The notes under the pieces are model-generated. The model saw nothing but the letters and a program-made list of their open reading frames with translations. It was not told the origin of the DNA and did not search any database. Shown here piece after piece: positions 35,199 through 45,085 of a stretch of 64,000 bases of DNA. The position numbers were made by a program, and so were the translations under genes. Source of the stretch: Vicinamibacterales bacterium (GTDB lineage Bacteria > Acidobacteriota > Vicinamibacteria > Vicinamibacterales > UBA8438); assembly GCA_965207675.1 (NCBI GenBank), contig CBDBMY010000006.1:23358-87357 (forward strand). The letters are read 5' to 3'. The first letter of the stretch is position 1. Each line of letters opens with the position of its first letter.

Positions 35199-38100
35199 CT
35201 ACCGGACGAACAGGTATTCCTTCAGGTTGAACAAGCTGTGCGCGACGTCCTGCCACACCTGCGCGTCGTAGAGCAGCAGGTGCGGCGCGCTGCCGCGCTC
35301 GGCCGCTACCGCCTCGAGATAGCCGGCGACCCGCGCGCGCTCCGCGTCGGAAGGGGGGCGGGACAGCGCCTTGACGAACATGTGGTCGATGCGGCTCTCC
35401 ACCGACCCCGCCTCGCCCTCGGCGAGACGCCGCCCCCACTCGGCCGCCTGCCCGATGACGAACGGGCTGTTCAGCATGGTCAGCGACTGCGCGGGCACGT
35501 TGGTGGCGTCGCGCTGGCCGCGCGTCGTCGCCGGCCGCGGCAGGTCGAAGACGTCGAGGAACGGGTTGTGCGCGTTGCGGCGAATCTCCTGGTAGATGCT
35601 GCGGCGCCCGGCGCCGTCGACGGGGCCGTTGTTCGGATCGCCCTCCGTCAGCCCGTACCGCTCCGCGTAGCGCACCGGCACCGACGGGCCGAACATCGTC
35701 GGGTCGAGCCGGCCCGACACCGAGAGAATCGAGTCGCGGATGGCCTCGGCGTCGAGCCGCCGCAGGTTGGCGTGCTGCAGCAGCCGGTTCGACGGGTCGG
35801 CCGCGAGCGCCTCCGGCGACCCCTCGCTGCCCATGCGGTACGCCGCGGTCGACACGAGGCGCCGGACGAGCCGCTTCACCGAGTGGCCGTCGCCGGCGAA
35901 CTCCGCCGCGAGGTGGTCGAGCAGCGCCGGGTGCGTCGGGGGGTCGCCGAGCCGCCCGAAGTTGTCGACGGTGCGGACGAGGCCGTAGCCGAACAGGTGG
36001 CGCCACACGCGATTCACGGCGACACGCGCGGTCAGGGGGTTGTCGGGCGCGGTGATCGCGTCGGCGAGGCGCAGCCGGACCAAGCCGGCGTCCTCGTACC
36101 GCCGCGCGTCGAGCGCGGTGAGGAACGCCCGGGGCACCGCCTCGCCGAGGGACTTGTGGTTGCCGCGCACCAGCAGCGGGTGGTCCGGCGCCGCCTCCTC
36201 GACCACCCCGGGGGCGCGGCGCGCCACCGGCACGTCGCGCTCGAGCAGGCGGTAGCGCGCGGCCGGCGCGCGCAGGGCCACGAGGTCTTCCAGCGACCGC
36301 GGCAGCAGATCGGCGCGCACGAGCTCGTCGAGGAACGCCGCCTCGGTCTCGGTCAGCGCGCCGCCGCGCCAGCGGGACACGACATCGCCCACGCGCCGGC
36401 CGACGCGATCGGCCAGCTCGGCGCGCGAGCCGGGCGGCGGCCCGTCGCCGGCGAGCAGGTGCAGCACCGGCAGGGCGGTGCCGCGCGGCTCCGCCGCCTC
36501 GTCGTGGAACAGCACCCGGCCGACCCCGATCGACGAGCGGCCGTCGCCGCGTCGCACCGGCCGGTTCCGCTGCCGGCCGTCCTCGGGGTCGAGGGTGAAC
36601 TGCGTCACGTCGTCCTGGGTCGCGAACTCGATGTAGGCGCTGAACCCCTTCCAGAACGCGGCGTCCCACTGCGCCCACGTCATCCGATCCTGCTTCGGGC
36701 TGTAGCGCAGGTGGTAGATGCCGCCGCGCGGCACCGCGTAGTTCTCGATGATGAGGTTGGCGAAGCTGAGGTCGCCGCCGAGCACCCGGAAGCTGATGAA
36801 GTCGCTGTCGATGGTGAAGCGCGGCGTCTGGATGACCCCCGCGTGCTTCGACGACAGCAGGTGCGTGTAGGCGCCGCCGGGATAGATGCCGTTCAGCAGC
36901 CGGTCGCCCCGCCGCTCGATGGCGAACTCGCCCGGCGGCGAGGGCACGTCGGGGCGGCCGAGACCGTGACCGACCGTCGCGGCGTAGTCGGCGCCCGCGA
37001 GGTCCCAGGCGACCTCGAAGTGCTCCTGGTTGAACCGCTCGCGCTCGGCGAGCTCCGCCTCCCAGCGGGCGCGCAGCTCGTCCCACGCGCGCGGGAGGTC
37101 CGCGTCGTCGACCGCGGCCAGCTCGCGCCACGCGGCCAGCGCGCTCCCGTCTCGCTCGTCCTGCCTCGCGTCTCGTGCCGGGGCCGCCTCGCCGGATTCA
37201 GCCGCCTTCGCGTCCGCCTCTTCCAGCAGCCGCGCGCCAACCGTCCCCGCCGCGTCGAGCCAGGCGTCGGCCAGCCCGTCGCGTATCTCCTCCTTCAGCG
37301 CCGCCAGCGCGTCCCGGTTCGTCTCGAGCAGGGCCGGGTCGTCGATGGCGCGCTGGGTCGGCCGCGCGCCGTAGAGGGTGCCGAACAGCGAGTAGTAGTC
37401 CTTCTGGCTGATCGCGTCGAACTTGTGGTCGTGGCACCGGGCGCACGAGACAGTCAGGCCCATGAACGCCTTCGACACCACGTCGACCTGATTGTCCTGC
37501 CACTTGACCCGGTCCTCCCACGGGTCGACCGGCTGATAGCCGTGCTCGACGAGCCGGTAGTGGCCGGTGCCGATGATCGACTCGTTGGTCCGGGTCTCCG
37601 TGTCCAGCCGCGGCTCGGGCAGCAGGTCGCCGGCCACGTGCTCGCGAATCAACTGGTCGTAGGGCACGTCGCCGTTGAAGGCGCGGATCAGGTAGTCGCG
37701 GTAGCGCCACGCGAGGGGAATGTCGGGGTCGCCCTCGCTGCCGTGCGACTCGCTGTAGCGGAACAGGTCCATCCAGTGCCGCGCCCACCGCTCGCCGAAG
37801 TGGGGCGACGCGAGGTACCGGTCGACGAGGTTGGCGTAGGCGTCGGGCGACGGGTCGCCGACGAACCGCGCGATCTCGGCCGGCGTCGGCGGCAGCCCCC
37901 GCAGGTCGAACGACAGCCGGCGAATCAGCGTCCGGCGATCGACGGGCGGCGCCGGCTCGAGTTTCTCGGCCTCCAGGCGGGCGAGGATGAAACGGTCCTC
38001 CGCGCTCCGCGGCCACGCCTCGTCGGCGACGGCGGGCGGCTCGACCGTGTCGACCGGCTGCCACGCCCAGTGCTCGCGCCGGCGCTTGTCGAGGTCGAAC

Positions 38101-38528
38101 GGCTCGGACGGGTCCGGCGTGCCGGCGGCAGCCACTGCCGTCTCGGGCCACGGCGCGCCCATCTCGACCCAGGCGATCAGGCTCTCCACCTGCGCCGGTG
38201 CGAGGGCCCCGGTCGGCGGCATCAGCACCGGCCGCCCCTGCACCCGCTGCACGAGCGGGCTTGCCACGGGGTCGCCGGGCACGACTGCGGGCCCCGAGTC
38301 GCCCCCCGCGAGCAACCCGTCCCGGCTGTCGAGCCGCAGCCCCCCGAACGGCGTCTCCAAGGCCGGCCCGTGGCACTGAAGGCACTGCTCGGCGAGCAGC
38401 GGCCGGATCTCGGTCTCGAAGAACTCGACTTGCTCCGGGCCCGGTCCCCCCGGCTGAGCGCCGGCCCCGACTCCGGCGACCAGAGCGGCCGCCACGCTCA
38501 AGAGCGCCGCATTCGATCTGAGAGTCAT
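35199..38528 (-). CDS. PSCyt1/DUF1549/DUF1553 (PSD) multidomain protein, the usual partner of DUF1501
   Basis: Track ORF 35199..38567(-). Start at MTLRSNAALLSVAAALVAGVGAGAQ. Heme-binding-like CLQCHGP, DUF1549-type HFGERWARHWMDLFRYSESHG, DUF1553-type CARCHDHKFDAISQKDYYSLFG. Confidence 0.85.
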   Translation of the reverse strand: MTLRSNAALLSVAAALVAGVGAGAQPGGPGPEQVEFFETEIRPLLAEQCLQCHGPALETPFGGLRLDSRDGLLAGGDSGPAVVPGDPVASPLVQRVQGRPVLMPPTGALAPAQVESLIAWVEMGAPWPETAVAAAGTPDPSEPFDLDKRRREHWAWQPVDTVEPPAVADEAWPRSAEDRFILARLEAEKLEPAPPVDRRTLIRRLSFDLRGLPPTPAEIARFVGDPSPDAYANLVDRYLASPHFGERWARHWMDLFRYSESHGSEGDPDIPLAWRYRDYLIRAFNGDVPYDQLIREHVAGDLLPEPRLDTETRTNESIIGTGHYRLVEHGYQPVDPWEDRVKWQDNQVDVVSKAFMGLTVSCARCHDHKFDAISQKDYYSLFGTLYGARPTQRAIDDPALLETNRDALAALKEEIRDGLADAWLDAAGTVGARLLEEADAKAAESGEAAPARDARQDERDGSALAAWRELAAVDDADLPRAWDELRARWEAELAERERFNQEHFEVAWDLAGADYAATVGHGLGRPDVPSPPGEFAIERRGDRLLNGIYPGGAYTHLLSSKHAGVIQTPRFTIDSDFISFRVLGGDLSFANLIIENYAVPRGGIYHLRYSPKQDRMTWAQWDAAFWKGFSAYIEFATQDDVTQFTLDPEDGRQRNRPVRRGDGRSSIGVGRVLFHDEAAEPRGTALPVLHLLAGDGPPPGSRAELADRVGRRVGDVVSRWRGGALTETEAAFLDELVRADLLPRSLEDLVALRAPAARYRLLERDVPVARRAPGVVEEAAPDHPLLVRGNHKSLGEAVPRAFLTALDARRYEDAGLVRLRLADAITAPDNPLTARVAVNRVWRHLFGYGLVRTVDNFGRLGDPPTHPALLDHLAAEFAGDGHSVKRLVRRLVSTAAYRMGSEGSPEALAADPSNRLLQHANLRRLDAEAIRDSILSVSGRLDPTMFGPSVPVRYAERYGLTEGDPNNGPVDGAGRRSIYQEIRRNAHNPFLDVFDLPRPATTRGQRDATNVPAQSLTMLNSPFVIGQAAEWGRRLAEGEAGSVESRIDHMFVKALSRPPSDAERARVAGYLEAVAAERGSAPHLLLYDAQVWQDVAHSLFNLKEYLFVR

Positions 38529-38702
38529 CGTGCCCCGCACTTTAGCGCCGGGTTGACCCCGACGCAAGCGGCGGGACGCATCTCCACGCTACGCCGTCTT
38601 CGGCCCTGACGCGTGCCGACACCACCGTCCCGACGCGCACAGTCGGATCTCACGCATGCAGAGACGGTGTATGCTTTGTCACGATTCGTCTTGGATGGCG
38701 AC

Positions 38703-41700
38703 ATGAACGTGACCCCATTCCACTGCGGGCCCTTCGCGAACGAGAGCGAACGCACCGCATTCGAACATCTCAAGAACCGCATCGAGTCGTCGCTCGGCGG
38801 CGACGGCGACCGGTGGATTCTGCTGACCAACCTCACTTGGTCGGTCACGCACCAGTTCCAGGCGGACGAGATCGACGTTGTGGCCATCGGTCCGCCGGGC
38901 GTGCGCGTCATCGAGGTCAAGCACTGGTCGCGGCGATGGGTCGATGAGCACGCGGACCTCGTGGAACAGGAGGCGGACAAAGTCACGAACAAGGCCCGCA
39001 AGATCGGGACCACCTTGCGCAAGTCCGTACCGAACCTCGGCCGCGTGGACGGCGTGGTCCTGTTGACGCGCGAATCGCCGGACATCAAGGAGCTGGCCGG
39101 CCGGGTCATCAGGGGTGTGCGGTTCTGCACGCTGAAAGAGTGGCGCGAGGCCATCGACTTCGACGGGACACCAGCGCTGCGCCCGCAGGAGGTCGCCCTT
39201 CTCGGCCGTCGGCTGGAACCCAGGAGTGCTGTCGCCCTCGACGGCTCGCTCCGGCGGTTCGCCGGCTACGTCAACCTCGAACGGCGCACGCCCCCGGTCG
39301 AGCGGTTCCACCGCGTCTATCGGGGGGTCCACGCCACCCGCCAAGACAAGGTCGTTCTGCACCTCTACGACCTGTCGGCGAGCGATGCAGCGGACGCAGA
39401 AACGCGGGCCAGCCGGGAGTGCGAAGCCCTGCGTCGGCTGCAACTGCACACCTGGGCGCCGCGCGTACTCGACTCGTGGCAGCCGGCCCCCGGCTACGCG
39501 GGCGAGATGCACTTCTTCACCGTCACCGACCCGCTGGCCCCTGCCCTCGAGAAGCGCGCATCGGACCGGTCCTGGGACACCCCGGCGCGGCTGGCCTTCG
39601 CGCGGGCCGCGCTGGACGCCTTGGTCGAGCTGCATGGCGAGACGGTGGACGACGGACCGATCCTGCACCGCAACCTCACGCCGCAGACGGTCCTCGTCCG
39701 GCACGACAACACGCCGATCTTCACCGGATTCGAGCTGTCGAAGATTCCGTCCGAACGGAGCGTGGCGTCGGCGGGGCCGCCGACCGGAGAATGGCCGCCA
39801 TCGACGGCGCCGGAAGTGCGCGCGCAAGGACTGCACGCCGCGGACACCCGCTCGGACCGCTACGCGCTCTGCGCCAGCCTGCGCATCCTGTTCGAGGGCC
39901 GGCAAGACGACACGAGCCGCCAAGCCCTCGACGTGCTGGCTTCGGGCATGATGGACGATGCGTCGCAGCGTAGCGACCCGTCCGCGCTCGACGCGCGCCT
40001 GTCGGAGCTGCTCGGCGAGTCCCCGCCCGCCCCGCCGCCTCCGCCGGCGCGGTTCTGGACGGAGGACCAGATCGTCTCGTTCCGCGGCAGCCGGTATCGC
40101 GTGGTCGAACGACTCGGCGCCGGCGGGGTGGGCACGGCGTTCAAGGTCGTGCAGATCGACCGTGACGGGCAGGAGGAGGGAACCTACGTCGCCAAGGTGT
40201 GTCACGACGAAGAGGCGGGGCGCCGCGCCGTGGACGCCTACCGGCTGGCGCGGTCACACCTGCAGCACCAGGCCGTCTCCGGCATCTTCGAGGTGGCGTC
40301 GGCGTGGCGCGAGAACGAGTTCACGGCGCTCATGACCTGGGTCGACGGCTCGCCGCTGCGCGATTTCGCGGGGGTCCTGCCGCTCCTCGTGGACGACCTC
40401 GACGAGACCTCCGCCGACGCGCTGACCCTCTTCTGGCTACAGACGATGTGCAGGGCCCTGGACGTGCTGCACCGCAACGGGCTCGTGCACGGCGACGTCA
40501 ACCCCGGCAACCTCATCGTGTCGGGGCGCGACCTCGTGCTCACCGACTACGACTTCGTCTCGCGAATCGACGAGCCAATCGCCGCGCCCGGCGCCGTGCT
40601 CTACTGCTCGCCGTCCCACCAGGCGGGCCGGGCGGCCTCGCCTTCCGACGACCTGTACGCGCTGGCGGCCAGCTTCTTCCACGTGATGTTCGAGCACGAG
40701 CCGTTCCGCCACGACGGGACGCTGGCAAAGGAACGCGGCCTGAACTGGGAGGCCGTCGCCCCCGAACGGCGCGCCGAGTATCCGTCGGTGGCGGCGTTCC
40801 TCAGCCGGGCCACCCACCCCGATCCGGATGAGCGCTTCCATTCCGCGGCCGAGGGGCTGAAGGCCCTGGCGGCGGAGCCGCCCCCCTCGGCCGCAACCGT
40901 AGCACCGCCCGGTCAGGCGACCGTGCCGCCCGCAACCGCACTCGAAGCGTCAGGGACGGGCTCCGCGAGTCCCCCCGCGCCGTCGGCTCGCGCGGCAGCG
41001 ACGCCCGAGGCGCCGGACACGCGACCGGAGAGCCCTGGAGAGACTCCCGGCGTTCGTCCGCCTTCTCCCGGCGCGGCGCCGGATACGGGATCCGCAGGCC
41101 TCCCTGCATCGTCGGCCGCCGCGACATCATCCGCTCCCGAGCCGTCGGCGCCCCCAACCTCCGCCGCCGCGCCGCCCGAAGGCCGCCCCTCGCCGCGCGG
41201 GACGTCCGATCCGGCGGCCGTACGTCGCGAGCAGCGCGTCGAGTGGCTGCGCTGGCTGCTGCAGTCGTATCCAGGCTCGCGGTGGGGAAACCGGGAGACG
41301 CGGGGGCTCGATAGCGACTTCGCGGAGCAGACCTACGTCGAGACGCCGCTGGAGGCGGCGTTGTACGAGGACGTGCGGGGGCGCCGCATCCGGCTCATCG
41401 TGCTGTGCGGCAACGCCGGCGACGGGAAGACGGCACTGCTCCAGCATCTTGCCGCCGGGTTCGGCCTCGAACGCCGGGCGTCATCCGAGCGCGTTCTGGA
41501 AGGAACGACGGACGACGGCCTGGGTGTGCGGATGAACCTGGACGGCTCCGCGTCGTGGCGGGGGCGGTCGGCCGACGACCTGCTCGACGAGTTCCTGGCC
41601 CCGTTCCGGGACGGGCCGCCATCGGAGGATATCGCGCATCTGCTGGCCATAAACGACGGGCGCCTGCTGGAGTGGATCGAGCGGGTCGAGCGGCGGGACG

Positions 41701-43259
41701 GCGAGACTCCCCTCACGGAAGCGCTGTATGCCGCCCTGCAGCGGGTTCAGCAGGATCGGTGGGTGGAAACGCCCGTCGCCGAGCGAGACGAGCACGAACG
41801 GGAGGCGCGGAGGTCGCTCACCGATGAGGCCGCCAGCGTGGAGGCCGGCGCGCGAAACGAACGCGAGTACAAACTCGAGGACTTGACCGGGACGGGCGAT
41901 GGCGCTGCAGCAGATGACGCCGGCGATGCGGAAGAGAACGCCAACCTCCAGCCGGCTCCCGATGCCCACATTCGGTTCGTCAACCTCAATCAGCGGTCGC
42001 TCGTCGGCGGCGTGACCACCGATGGGACCCGCATCGAAACCGGTTTCCTGGAGAGCCTGGTGGACCGCCTGTACGGCGCCGGCCGGGCGCCGGAGATCTG
42101 GGCACCGTGCGCGACCTGCTCGGCGCAGGACCGCTGCGAAGTGTTCCGGGCGAATCGCCTGTTCGGGCCGGCCGGCCTCCCCGGGGCCGCCCCTGCGGAG
42201 GCGCGGTCCCGCGCGCGGGACCGGCTCTTCGAGGCGCTCCAGGCCGTCCACCTGCGCGGCGAGACCCACGTCACGGTACGCGAGCTGCGCGCGGCGCTCG
42301 TCTACATCCTGTTCGGGGTCCACTTCTGCGACGACTACCACGACGGCGCCATCGCGACGGGCCGCCGCCGGGTTCCAGACTACTGGGAGCCGTCCTTCGG
42401 TCCGTTTCAGGAGCCCGGTGCTCCGGCAGAGACCGCGCCGACCTCTCTGCCCTGGTGGGACCGGGCGTTCGATCCGGAGTCCCCGGCGCGGCAGGGGGCC
42501 GTGCTCGCGGACTTGGCGCGCTTCGACCCGGCGCTGGACGCGCATCCGCGTATCGACCGACACCTGATGCGCCCGACGCACGCCGGCGTCCGCCGGGGCG
42601 TGCCAGGGTTCCCCGACCTGGACCTCGCCTCGGCGCGGCGGCGCGCGTACTTCGAATGGCGCGAGCACGACATCGAGGCGCTCACCGGCGATCCGCACGC
42701 CCTCGACCTCGCCCACGGCCGTCACCTCCGACGGTTCCGCGGCTTGGCGGTGGACGATGAGGCGCGCGAAGCGGCTTGCGAAGCGCTCTGCGCCGGTATG
42801 GCCGGTCTGGCGACGCTGCCCCCGCAGGCCTACGACCGTCCGGGAGTCCCGTTGCGCATCACCCCCCGGACCCCGACGGAGACCGCGTTCTGGATCGAGA
42901 AGGCGGCGGATCGCTTCCACCTTGAAGCTGACCTGCCGCCCGCGGCCAGCGGGCTCGATCGCCTGCACCGTCAGGCGAGTCTCGTCTACCGCTACGCGGA
43001 CGGTCGCGAGGAACGTCTCCGCCTCGGCGCGGAGCTCTTCCACCTGCTGATGGAGCTGAGCGAGGGGTACCAATTGGGTGACGCCTCGACCGACGACACG
43101 TTCGCGCATCTGTCGATCTTCGTGCAACGGCTGGAGCGCGAGGACGACCGCCGGCTGCTCGCCTGGAACCCGATGCGTGACGACCGCATCTACGAAGTCG
43201 TGGCGGAGAGCGCTTCCGAAGACGGACAGCAACGATTGGCGCTTCAACCGCTGGAATGA
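38703..43259 (+). CDS. giant NERD - pseudokinase - Ser/Thr-type kinase - P-loop NTPase protein (gene A of the candidate system); the start may be GTG 38613
   Basis: Track ORF 38613..43259(+), with an internal ATG at 38703 preceded by GGATGG. NERD-like D..E.K block ADEIDVVAIGPPGVRVIEVKHW (about 38868-38927). Kinase-like domain 1 has HRNLTPQTVLV and no DFG Asp (about 39255-40020). Kinase domain 2 has LGAGGVGTAF, YVAKV, HGDVNPGNLIV and LTDYDF (40113-40553). A Pro/Ala/Ser linker follows (about 40875-41222), then Walker A LIVLCGNAGDGKTALL (41409-41432), LLAINDG, and C-x2-C-x5-C in WAPCATCSAQDRCEVF (42108-42137). Confidence 0.85.
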   Translation: MNVTPFHCGPFANESERTAFEHLKNRIESSLGGDGDRWILLTNLTWSVTHQFQADEIDVVAIGPPGVRVIEVKHWSRRWVDEHADLVEQEADKVTNKARKIGTTLRKSVPNLGRVDGVVLLTRESPDIKELAGRVIRGVRFCTLKEWREAIDFDGTPALRPQEVALLGRRLEPRSAVALDGSLRRFAGYVNLERRTPPVERFHRVYRGVHATRQDKVVLHLYDLSASDAADAETRASRECEALRRLQLHTWAPRVLDSWQPAPGYAGEMHFFTVTDPLAPALEKRASDRSWDTPARLAFARAALDALVELHGETVDDGPILHRNLTPQTVLVRHDNTPIFTGFELSKIPSERSVASAGPPTGEWPPSTAPEVRAQGLHAADTRSDRYALCASLRILFEGRQDDTSRQALDVLASGMMDDASQRSDPSALDARLSELLGESPPAPPPPPARFWTEDQIVSFRGSRYRVVERLGAGGVGTAFKVVQIDRDGQEEGTYVAKVCHDEEAGRRAVDAYRLARSHLQHQAVSGIFEVASAWRENEFTALMTWVDGSPLRDFAGVLPLLVDDLDETSADALTLFWLQTMCRALDVLHRNGLVHGDVNPGNLIVSGRDLVLTDYDFVSRIDEPIAAPGAVLYCSPSHQAGRAASPSDDLYALAASFFHVMFEHEPFRHDGTLAKERGLNWEAVAPERRAEYPSVAAFLSRATHPDPDERFHSAAEGLKALAAEPPPSAATVAPPGQATVPPATALEASGTGSASPPAPSARAAATPEAPDTRPESPGETPGVRPPSPGAAPDTGSAGLPASSAAATSSAPEPSAPPTSAAAPPEGRPSPRGTSDPAAVRREQRVEWLRWLLQSYPGSRWGNRETRGLDSDFAEQTYVETPLEAALYEDVRGRRIRLIVLCGNAGDGKTALLQHLAAGFGLERRASSERVLEGTTDDGLGVRMNLDGSASWRGRSADDLLDEFLAPFRDGPPSEDIAHLLAINDGRLLEWIERVERRDGETPLTEALYAALQRVQQDRWVETPVAERDEHEREARRSLTDEAASVEAGARNEREYKLEDLTGTGDGAAADDAGDAEENANLQPAPDAHIRFVNLNQRSLVGGVTTDGTRIETGFLESLVDRLYGAGRAPEIWAPCATCSAQDRCEVFRANRLFGPAGLPGAAPAEARSRARDRLFEALQAVHLRGETHVTVRELRAALVYILFGVHFCDDYHDGAIATGRRRVPDYWEPSFGPFQEPGAPAETAPTSLPWWDRAFDPESPARQGAVLADLARFDPALDAHPRIDRHLMRPTHAGVRRGVPGFPDLDLASARRRAYFEWREHDIEALTGDPHALDLAHGRHLRRFRGLAVDDEAREAACEALCAGMAGLATLPPQAYDRPGVPLRITPRTPTETAFWIEKAADRFHLEADLPPAASGLDRLHRQASLVYRYADGREERLRLGAELFHLLMELSEGYQLGDASTDDTFAHLSIFVQRLEREDDRRLLAWNPMRDDRIYEVVAESASEDGQQRLALQPLE

Positions 43260-43270
43260 GGTGAGCACGC

Positions 43271-45085
43271 GTGGCGCACGCTGATCGAGAGATCGTCGAG
43301 AACGCACTGTCGCCGGACCTGGTCAAGGAAGTCTGGACCGGCAACTACGACAAGGTGCTGCCGGTGACGTTCTTGGGATTCGAAATCTCTGCCATTCTCC
43401 CGGCCGTCCTCTATATGTTCCGCTTCGGCCACCGTCGCGGCGCCGGAGACTTCGTCTCGACATACGGCCCCGCATCCGGGACGCCGGCCCAGCGGCGTCG
43501 GGAGACCACCGTCGAGCGGATCGCTGCGAAGCTCGCTGAAATCGAGGAGCTGACCGGGTTCGAAGGCGAGGTCGAGAAGGCTGTTCTCGGTGACCTACTG
43601 CTCTGTTTCTGTCTCGAAAACGTCCGCCACCGACTGGGCCGGAACCAGCAGGTACAGCGTGTCGCGCCGACGCACTACTTGGCGAGTTGGATTGACTTGC
43701 CCTACAGCGTGGGCAACCTGCGCTTCGTGCCCGAGATGATTGTCGCCATGCTGGCGAATCGACGCGCGGGCGACTACGTCACCGCCAGTGATGAGATGGA
43801 CCGGACACGCTTCCCTGTCCTGAACCGCTACGAGGAAAACCCGTTGTTCCGGGCCTTCGGTCAAGGGGTCAGCCGCCGTAGCGGCTCGTCGAGCGATCTC
43901 GCGTCCGATTGCTTCGACGAGACAGACGATGCCGTGGGTCTGGATCAACTCCTGACAATTCGACTGGCCCAGCAACTGCGAGCCGCTCCGCAAAAGGTCA
44001 GGCCAAGCAAGACACAGGGCGCCGACGCGCACAAGATCTCCAATCAGCGCCCCATCGCCGAGGCCGCCGGCCGACGATTCTCGGACGACATTCGACGCTT
44101 CGTGCGCTCGTACGCCGATTCCGCGCCACGGCACGCCTTCGTGGACATGCTGGAGTCGTGCATCACGGTCGGACTGACCACCATTCTCACCAGCACCGTC
44201 GAGGTGTTGTTCCAGTGGGAGGCGACGGGCAGGGTGACGGATGTCGACGCACAACACCCGGCGTCGCTGTTCGTGGACTGCTCCTGCGGCGCCGACGATC
44301 GACTTCGGCTGCGGGCCGAGCAGTCGACAGACGACTTGATGCGGCGCCTCGAACGCGTTCCGGTGATTCTCATGACGCTGCGCTTGCTGGACTACGAGGC
44401 GCGCTCCCGGTCGCGAATCAAGTCGCAGCAGGTCACTACGCGACCGTACGCGACAGATTGGCTGAACCTGCTCGGGGATCTCCTCCACGACCGCCACCCC
44501 GAGGCGCAACGCGTCGCTATCCTCATCGAGGACAAGGCCGAGAAGTTGGCCGACAGAGTGGCCGACGACCATGAAGATGTGGCCAGCATGCTTCGCGATG
44601 ACGGACCACATCCGGTCTTTGGACTAGCCGGCGGACTGATGGCGCTGATGGGACGGCAGCCCCGCGAAGATCTCACCAAGATGGTCGATTCCAGCATGGC
44701 CGTCGGGCGCCCGAACGGGCTGGCCATCAAGCGCCCGACAACTCGCGGCAGCGGTCCGGGAACGCGCCGACGACGCGACGTTCGCGCACTCGTCTTCACC
44801 GATTCGACGCTCGAGTACCTCGTGCACCTCCATCTGCTGCCCGGCCCGAAGGGCGGCGACCGCGCCAGCATCGTCTCGTTACTGGACTTCCTCAGGGAAG
44901 ATTATGGCCTTCACATCGATACTGCGCCACCAGGCATGACGATCTCCAACGAGGTTCTGGGTCGCAACCGGGCGACACTGGAGCGGCGTTTGCGCGATCT
45001 CGGCCTCCTGATCGGCGTCAACGACGCCGAGCGGATGAAGCGGCTTACACCTCGCTTCGAGGTCGCCGAAGGGATTCTGGGGTGA
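43271..45085 (+). CDS. 604-aa protein of unknown function (gene B of the candidate system)
   Basis: GTG start 11 nt after the gene A stop, with GAGGTGAG upstream. Its stop overlaps the gene C start (GTGA). The amino-acid composition is protein-like and differs from the shadow frames. I recognise no catalytic motif. Confidence 0.8.
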   Translation: MAHADREIVENALSPDLVKEVWTGNYDKVLPVTFLGFEISAILPAVLYMFRFGHRRGAGDFVSTYGPASGTPAQRRRETTVERIAAKLAEIEELTGFEGEVEKAVLGDLLLCFCLENVRHRLGRNQQVQRVAPTHYLASWIDLPYSVGNLRFVPEMIVAMLANRRAGDYVTASDEMDRTRFPVLNRYEENPLFRAFGQGVSRRSGSSSDLASDCFDETDDAVGLDQLLTIRLAQQLRAAPQKVRPSKTQGADAHKISNQRPIAEAAGRRFSDDIRRFVRSYADSAPRHAFVDMLESCITVGLTTILTSTVEVLFQWEATGRVTDVDAQHPASLFVDCSCGADDRLRLRAEQSTDDLMRRLERVPVILMTLRLLDYEARSRSRIKSQQVTTRPYATDWLNLLGDLLHDRHPEAQRVAILIEDKAEKLADRVADDHEDVASMLRDDGPHPVFGLAGGLMALMGRQPREDLTKMVDSSMAVGRPNGLAIKRPTTRGSGPGTRRRRDVRALVFTDSTLEYLVHLHLLPGPKGGDRASIVSLLDFLREDYGLHIDTAPPGMTISNEVLGRNRATLERRLRDLGLLIGVNDAERMKRLTPRFEVAEGILG

